A stretch of 64,000 bases of DNA, from contig LSNK01000001.1 in NCBI GenBank assembly GCA_003056085.1, positions 152,729-216,728 of the forward strand, given 5' to 3'. Shown here one piece after another: positions 58,063 to 64,000 of this stretch; the stretch's first letter is position 1; every line of letters begins with the position of its first letter. The translations under genes and the position numbers were made by a program. Source of the DNA: Parcubacteria group bacterium M6-OD1-1 (lineage in GTDB: Bacteria; Patescibacteriota; Minisyncoccia; GWC2-36-17; M10-OD1-4). The notes beneath the pieces are model-generated. The model saw nothing but the letters and a program-made list of their open reading frames with translations, did no database searches and was not told where the DNA came from.

Positions 58063-58238
58063 TTTGCTCCGAATAAATATATTTAAAATACAAGTTAAAA
58101 ATTCTCAAAAAATTAATTTTAAACATCAAAAAAACCGCTTTTCTAAGCGGTTTTTTTGGTGTTTTTTGGGGTCGGGGATGTAATAAGGTTAGAACCTGTT
58201 TTGTGGGAAAAGTATCTATACCACAATAGAGACTCACA

Positions 58239-58598
58239 TTATTCACCGATAAATTCTTTTATGCGTTGTTTGCCTAATTTTACTAATTTATTAGTTTTAT
58301 AATTTTGTATATGAGTGCCAAAACATAAAAAAACTATTTGATCATCTTTCTTTGCAAAACATATTCTTGGAGACTGATTTTTTCTGACACCTCCAATTGC
58401 CATATAAACCTTCCATAATTTATTATCCTTATATTCTCCAACTGGAGCTAACACATTAATGCCTAGATTGGTTGTTTTTTTCTCAAAATGACTAATTAAA
58501 AGGTTTTGCAATTTAAAAACCCACCCATCATCTTGGTGGTGTTTTTCTAAAAAATCTCCTATTTCTTTATCAAATTTTGGATGACTGGAATATATCAT
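58239..58598 (-). CDS. small toxin-like protein (possible RelE/ParE-fold partner of the Panacea antitoxin)
   Basis: 119 aa, ATGA-type 4-bp overlap with the upstream gene. C-terminal PRICFAKKDDQIVFLCFGTH resembles RelE/ParE C-termini. Weak. Confidence 0.4.
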   Translation of the reverse strand: MIYSSHPKFDKEIGDFLEKHHQDDGWVFKLQNLLISHFEKKTTNLGINVLAPVGEYKDNKLWKVYMAIGGVRKNQSPRICFAKKDDQIVFLCFGTHIQNYKTNKLVKLGKQRIKEFIGE

Positions 58599-59116
58599 GC
58601 ACCTATGAGCTCTTCTGAAGTTTTATCTCTATAAAAAGATAACTCATAAGGCATATATTCGCCTTGAGTAACCGCATTATATGGAGCTTCCGAATGAGAA
58701 ATTATTTCTAAATTCTTTCCGCTCATACCACCATAATCTTTGTATACCTTTCGTAATACTTGTTTTTCCTTTTCATTCAAATTGAGTGAGTCCACTTTTT
58801 TTTCAGTAATATTTAAAGAAAATACAACTGTATCATTCGGGAGTCCTGTTCTTTTGTGTTTTATTGTAACAAATGTTTTCCCTAAATCTTTTAAAGCCTT
58901 CTCTAATTCGTCAGGAACAGGACCCATTGGCAAGGCACGATATTTTGCCCCAGTAATCGGCTCCTCGTAAACTTCAAAATAATTAAAATCTGCAAAATAA
59001 AGAAGCTTGGCTAATTTTTTTTTGCCTTCAATAGTCTTGTTGTTATCAAGAGATAATAAAAATAAGATAGCACTTTTGAACTTACTTTCATTAAATTTTA
59101 CTTTTTGAGTATCCAT
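58595..59116 (-). CDS. Panacea (SocA/DUF4065)-domain antitoxin-like protein
   Basis: KLAKLLYFADFNYFEVYEEPITGAKYRALPMGPVP matches the Panacea core KLxKLLYfaD...G.P.tg..y.a...GPv. Confidence 0.6.
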   Translation of the reverse strand: MDTQKVKFNESKFKSAILFLLSLDNNKTIEGKKKLAKLLYFADFNYFEVYEEPITGAKYRALPMGPVPDELEKALKDLGKTFVTIKHKRTGLPNDTVVFSLNITEKKVDSLNLNEKEKQVLRKVYKDYGGMSGKNLEIISHSEAPYNAVTQGEYMPYELSFYRDKTSEELIGA

Positions 59117-59633
59117 ATATTAATTATTGATTAAATACTTGACTATCAGATACCATAAATATATTTATATGTCAATTAAAATTACCTAACCAATAATGTA
59201 AATCCTACCCATATAATATCATTTATGGTCTCAATTTACCACAAAAGATATGCACTATCAAGATTAATAGGATTATTTAATAGCCAATATTTTTTATTAG
59301 TCTCTACTACAATCTGCATCTACCTCGCTAAAACTAAGGTATAAACCAGCTAGTGAATCTAAATAATCACAGGCGGTTTCTTCTGAGATAATGTGGTTAT
59401 GTTTTTCTTTAAAATAAGTTATAGTTTCTTGTATTAAATTTTTACTAAAGTTATTCATTTGTAGAAAATTTAATATTTAACTTAATTGTAATTATTTTTT
59501 CTCTTTATAATTCTCTGGATTTATTCTTTTGTCTATTTCAAAAAGTAGACGAAAAAATCCTAATAAATTTTTTTGATGTTATTATAATCATCTTCTTTTA
59601 TACTTAACTAACTTAAGGTTCTTACTAGGGGCA

Positions 59634-60038
59634 TTAAGACCCCAATATAATCCAAGTTATGACAAAGATAGAAAAAATGAGATATATCCAAAAAACAGAT
59701 TCCTTATAAAGGATATTAGACCCTATCTTATTCTTCAAGGAAAACTCCTTTTTATTTTTACTTCCATACCCAATATAAATACCCGTCCATAATAAAAAAT
59801 GAAATAACACCACACTACCAATTATAACTGTAGACACTGCTATGAAGGCGTATAAAAAATCAAATAATTCAGCCCCTTCAAATCCATCCTTATATAATTC
59901 TGAAAATATCCAAATAATAAGACCTACGACAATCAGTCTATAGACAATATTAATCAATCTAGCCCACCAATACCTATCTTTTAAGTCCTTAAAAATTACT
60001 TCACTTAAATTTTTATGCAAAAATGATAATTTAAACAT
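59634..60038 (-). CDS. hypothetical membrane protein
   Basis: Hydrophobic segments. Confidence 0.3.
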   Translation of the reverse strand: MFKLSFLHKNLSEVIFKDLKDRYWWARLINIVYRLIVVGLIIWIFSELYKDGFEGAELFDFLYAFIAVSTVIIGSVVLFHFLLWTGIYIGYGSKNKKEFSLKNKIGSNILYKESVFWIYLIFSIFVITWIILGS

Positions 60039-60058
60039 CTCTTTGTGTGTTAATTTAT

Positions 60059-60511
60059 TTATTGCTCATACTCAGGAGCTGAATATAATCTACAGTCATA
60101 TTTTCCTTTTATTGAAGAATTATAATAAGAACCAAATGATGAAGTGTTCTTAAATGAATCCCATACTCTTTTAGACAAGGAACAATATTGATAATTAGTA
60201 CCACTTAAATTTATTATCATATATTTATTATCTTTATCATACCAAGCCCCTCGAACAAAAGAGCTTTTTTTGGTATCAAAATACTCAAACATAGGATTTG
60301 CGATATCAACACGACCATCCCTATATTTTATAGAAACATATTTTGATGCATAGCTTTCACTTAACTCTTTAACCTCTTTGATGGTTTCTGTATTTATAGA
60401 AACTTCGTTATCTTGTCCTCCAAAATAAATAACTGCACCAACTAATAATCCTCCTATTATGATTAAATAAGCTATACTAAATCCTTTTTGATTTTTTATT
60501 TCTTTATTCAT
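60059..60511 (-). CDS. hypothetical membrane-anchored protein
   Basis: N-terminal anchor. Confidence 0.35.
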   Translation of the reverse strand: MNKEIKNQKGFSIAYLIIIGGLLVGAVIYFGGQDNEVSINTETIKEVKELSESYASKYVSIKYRDGRVDIANPMFEYFDTKKSSFVRGAWYDKDNKYMIINLSGTNYQYCSLSKRVWDSFKNTSSFGSYYNSSIKGKYDCRLYSAPEYEQ

Positions 60512-60543
60512 ATTACTTAATTTTATTTTTATTCATTTCACAC

Positions 60544-60813
60544 CTATCTACTTGTAAGAGATAGAAATATAAAGAGAAGAATAATTGCTATAATCCACAA
60601 AGGACCAAGAGTGATTATTAGCCAAATTATACCGATAATAACCAGACTAATTACCGAAATTATTCCTATTCCTTTTATAAGACCTTTTGTTGTTTTTACT
60701 GATTCGAGTTGAAAAAATCTGCTCCAGATATTTAATAAGGTGGTATTAAATATTCTAGCACCAGTAGCTAAACCAATGAGACCAGAATAATAACCATCAT
60801 TACCGCAAACCAA
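60544..60813 (-). CDS. small membrane protein
   Basis: Two hydrophobic segments. Confidence 0.3.
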   Translation of the reverse strand: MVCGNDGYYSGLIGLATGARIFNTTLLNIWSRFFQLESVKTTKGLIKGIGIISVISLVIIGIIWLIITLGPLWIIAIILLFIFLSLTSR

Positions 60814-61124
60814 CCATCATCCCCTCCATACGAAGTAAGATCTACAATCCAAGCCATACTTACAAATAGAAAAAATAAACTAATTAAACTTAATACGAGC
60901 TTACGAAATGTAATTTTTGTTTTAACAGCTCTCTCTTCAGAATCAAATAACCATCCTAGTGTGTAAAAAATAAAAAGAAAAGGTAAAAAAAATATAATAA
61001 GTCCAGTAAACTCAGAAATTATGGTGGATGTAGCAGTATTAACACTTAAAACTACAATCCATATTACAAAACCAAAAAACCAAATAGTTAAAAGTTGTTT
61101 TTTTGTTATATTATAAACTTTCAT
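60768..61124 (-). CDS. small membrane protein
   Basis: Hydrophobic segments. Confidence 0.3.
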   Translation of the reverse strand: MKVYNITKKQLLTIWFFGFVIWIVVLSVNTATSTIISEFTGLIIFFLPFLFIFYTLGWLFDSEERAVKTKITFRKLVLSLISLFFLFVSMAWIVDLTSYGGDDGWFAVMMVIILVSLV

Positions 61125-61129
61125 ATTAT

Positions 61130-62389
61130 TTATAAAGTAGAAGCAGCGAAGTTTTGTTTAATTTTTTCTTTATTTGTGAAATCATTCATAATCTCATCTT
61201 TTTGAGACTCCTGCTCTTTAATGAGCCCCGAGTTAATAATGTATTGTTGCTCATCTCTATTATTTATAGCTGTAATTAGCCTCTGATAATATTTTGCTGA
61301 CGTATCTAGCCAAACTAATAAAGTTGCTCCTGAATCTGTATATTCCTTTGAATATTCCAAAAACTGTAACAAATACTCCCTATAACTTGAATTAGTTGTA
61401 TTAACAAGTAACTCATAAATATTTTTTTGAATTTCTTTTTCACCGTTAATTGTTTTTTCTATCGATGTATATCCATCCTTATATGTATTGAGAGTGTCAT
61501 TCATTACTGGAATAATTGAATCTGGGATAGTCCAATCAAATGCTTTTTTTGATTCTTCTTTATTATTATTTTCTGGAATAATCTTATTAGTTACAATTTG
61601 TTTTTCTATGCCTTGTTTTTCAGCCGTATTTATTTCTTCATATGTATCATAAATAATATTATTCTTTATTGCCTCAACTGAAAAAATTATTGAATTATGC
61701 GTATTGGTTGTTTCAAAATTTAATTTATCTTTATTAATGTTATCTAAGAATAATCTATCTATTTCGTTAATTATTTTATTTCTTTCAGATTTTGATATTG
61801 TATATGGAATTTCTCCCGTTGGATTTTCGCTTGAAGCAGGTCTAAATATTAAACTTGTTATCTGTGGGGCGGAAATCGTAATTAATTTAAATCCTTCCTT
61901 TTGGGAAGACAAAAATACAGCTGTGCTATATTCCAAATCCAATAAATCACCTTCTGTGGTAAGTGAGTTGTTCTTTAAATCTTCTAACAGTTTATTATTC
62001 GCCTCCATAACTACAACTGCCCCCACAATCATACCCTTAGTAGTTAAATTAATTATTTCATTATCATGTCCTACATATGACTTTACTCTATCTACCCCTA
62101 GCTGCATTAACTTTGTATCATTTAATAATTCTGTCATCCAAGTAATTTTATCAACATCACCAATCATATTATCAATTGAAGCAAAATAAAAATTATCTAA
62201 AGCTCCCAAAACGTCAAACACAGAATCAACTAATTCCTCTGAAGAAATATCTCCTTTTTGTGATTGTTCAATTTTGCTTTCTGGTATCGTAGCTTGCTCA
62301 ACTTTATTATCTTGAATAGTAACAAATATTAGTATTGTTACAGTGATTAGCACTAAAAAACTTATAATTATTTTTTTCTTTTCATTCAT
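61130..62389 (-). CDS. hypothetical membrane-anchored protein
   Basis: N-terminal anchor. ORF only. Confidence 0.35.
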   Translation of the reverse strand: MNEKKKIIISFLVLITVTILIFVTIQDNKVEQATIPESKIEQSQKGDISSEELVDSVFDVLGALDNFYFASIDNMIGDVDKITWMTELLNDTKLMQLGVDRVKSYVGHDNEIINLTTKGMIVGAVVVMEANNKLLEDLKNNSLTTEGDLLDLEYSTAVFLSSQKEGFKLITISAPQITSLIFRPASSENPTGEIPYTISKSERNKIINEIDRLFLDNINKDKLNFETTNTHNSIIFSVEAIKNNIIYDTYEEINTAEKQGIEKQIVTNKIIPENNNKEESKKAFDWTIPDSIIPVMNDTLNTYKDGYTSIEKTINGEKEIQKNIYELLVNTTNSSYREYLLQFLEYSKEYTDSGATLLVWLDTSAKYYQRLITAINNRDEQQYIINSGLIKEQESQKDEIMNDFTNKEKIKQNFAASTL

Positions 62390-62527
62390 ATTTTATTTTA
62401 AACTGCTGTTGCCTTTCTATAGACCTCTGTTTACCTACTTCACTAGCATAGTAAAACCCACCAAGAATAAAACTCGCTATTAAAATTGTTACAGGTAATA
62501 TTAACTTTTCTTTATTTATCTCCATAA

Positions 62528-63871
62528 TTACTCCCAATCAAAATTATAATTAAATTCTGGGACCTTCAGAGGTTCCCCACTCTCTCCAAGTATAGAGGAA
62601 TTAGAAGTATCTAGTATATGAGTTTCATTTGTAATATCGGATATTTCATTTTGTATTATTTTACTTGGATTTGGATTAAACCTTATTCTTACAAAGTCTA
62701 AGTTTTGAAAATCATTAGGTATAGTAAAAATTACATTCCCATCTACAACAGTTATGTTTTCTGCGATACTCCTTGTAGTATTTAAACTATCAACTAAAGA
62801 ATATTGTAAATTTGCTACTTTATACTCAATATTCTCACATAAACAATAGGTTCTAAAAGCTAGCTTCTTAATCTTAAATGGTCTTTCTGATTCAATATCA
62901 AACTTCCTAGGGTCATTTGTATCAGATCTCTTAATGGTAAGTGTTTGGTTTGATGTTTCTAGAGCTCCTGTTTCTGTCTCCTTATTATTACCATTAATAG
63001 ATTCTATTCCATAAGAATACTCAGACCCTGACACTAATCCGCTTATGTTAGCTATGTGCTTTCCAGAGGTTCCTGAAATTGAGAAAAATACTTGAGTTTT
63101 ACCATAGCCAGTTATAAAAACTTTTCCAGTTGTAGGGATATTTGTAGACCATGAAATAACAGCATCAACTAAACCAGGTTCTATTTTTACATCACTAATA
63201 ATAACATTCTCTTCTTCTGGTGTAGTTGTGGTTTCTTCTGTGTTAGTTGTAGTTTCTGTTGTAATTGAATCCTGAGATTCTGTATCATTACTGACTACTT
63301 CTGGAGTTGTATTTTGTTTTACATCACTGAATCTTAATTCTGTTTTTTCTGGATAAAAACTTGGTAATGCTTCTGTATGATTAACTTGATAGATTGAGTC
63401 CCAATCATAGCCAGCCTGTTCAAATTCTGAAGCTGTTAAATTAAGCCATCTTCTTTCTCCACTATCACTACCTGAAGCAGAAGTAACTATATATACTTTT
63501 GGGTCTGCTACTGAACCATCTGCATTAACTTCTATAACAAGCTCCGACAACATGAATTGGTCTTGGTCAGTTTGAGATACTGTCTTTACATCCTCCCATT
63601 TAAGATGCCCATAGGAATTGAAAATATCTGGATTTAGTATAAGTCTTTTAAATTTCTTACTACCTACCAACTTCACAATGTAAATATCTGGATTCTCAGA
63701 AGTAGTTATTAAATCACCATCTACTAATTCCCCTAACGTATACGTTTGAGCAAAAGCTGAAGAATAGATAAAAAAACTAAATACTAATACTAAAAAGATG
63801 GTTATTTTTTTCATATTTATTTTCATATTAATAATTTTTGTAACAAAAAAGGTCCCCCGAACCAGTGACAA
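62528..63871 (-). CDS. secreted surface protein with Thr/Glu-rich linker
   Basis: Signal-peptide-like MKKITIFLVLVFSFFIYSSAFAQ. TTETTTNTEETTTTPEEEN low-complexity linker. Confidence 0.4.
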   Translation of the reverse strand: MSLVRGTFFVTKIINMKINMKKITIFLVLVFSFFIYSSAFAQTYTLGELVDGDLITTSENPDIYIVKLVGSKKFKRLILNPDIFNSYGHLKWEDVKTVSQTDQDQFMLSELVIEVNADGSVADPKVYIVTSASGSDSGERRWLNLTASEFEQAGYDWDSIYQVNHTEALPSFYPEKTELRFSDVKQNTTPEVVSNDTESQDSITTETTTNTEETTTTPEEENVIISDVKIEPGLVDAVISWSTNIPTTGKVFITGYGKTQVFFSISGTSGKHIANISGLVSGSEYSYGIESINGNNKETETGALETSNQTLTIKRSDTNDPRKFDIESERPFKIKKLAFRTYCLCENIEYKVANLQYSLVDSLNTTRSIAENITVVDGNVIFTIPNDFQNLDFVRIRFNPNPSKIIQNEISDITNETHILDTSNSSILGESGEPLKVPEFNYNFDWE

Positions 63872-64000
63872 CTTCTTTTCGAAGTCATCCTGTTCCTTTC
63901 AGAGACAGACCACGGTAGCAGTACTGGTCAGGAGACCATTATTACTACCGTGGATTTACCGCCATGCCTTTAAAAATAAAGGTTTAGGTGATTAAATTGT
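63840..64000. other. GC-rich non-coding patch truncated by the window end (possible structured RNA)
   Basis: Hairpin ccacggtag...ctaccgtgg and other GC-rich stems. No ORF. Incomplete. Confidence 0.15.

Noticed and set aside
57650-58246. ORFs 57650-57832 (+) and 57935-58246 (-)
   Set aside because: They lie inside or overlap the RNase P RNA gene, which carries the conserved rnpB blocks.
60059-60511. Second type IV pilin (N-terminus KGFSIAYLIIIGGLL)
   Set aside because: It resembles a prepilin leader but lacks the conserved Glu at +5, so it is kept as a hypothetical membrane-anchored protein.

Overview
Part 1 (description): The window is AT-rich bacterial DNA, estimated by eye at about 30% GC. 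The gene content resembles a small-genome Patescibacteria/CPR-like organism, but that is inference. Housekeeping genes carry the strongest calls: valS, clpB next to an Hsp20 gene, tsaD, a DEAD-box helicase, class-II ilvC, uppP, a DegP-like protease, RNase P RNA and a tRNA-Leu(UAG). A glycogen-metabolism cluster is present (GT3 synthase, GH57, debranching enzyme, GT4). Type IV pilin-like and HlyD-like genes are also present. Several accessory segments are interspersed, and most are bounded by repeats, tRNA fragments or transposase remnants. They include a higher-GC GT2 synthase plus GH18/CBM5 chitinase island, a very high-GC orphan ORF, two Fic proteins, a Panacea(SocA)-type antitoxin with a small toxin-like partner, two disrupted genes, and a family of ~21-bp palindromic repeats. 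Part 2 (hunt): The most notable candidate is a tight four-gene minus-strand operon at 12615-15813. It encodes a Tmk-like P-loop kinase, a short ThiC-family (radical-SAM-like) protein, a Pol-beta-type nucleotidyltransferase and a NUDIX hydrolase. It sits in a 5.7-kb block bracketed by a 145-bp direct repeat and abutting an IS30 transposase remnant. I propose it as a mobile nucleotide-modifying or defense-like system, to be tested by homology search. Several GC-rich non-coding patches may be unclassified structured RNAs. All assignments come from motif recognition by eye and no database searches were run.
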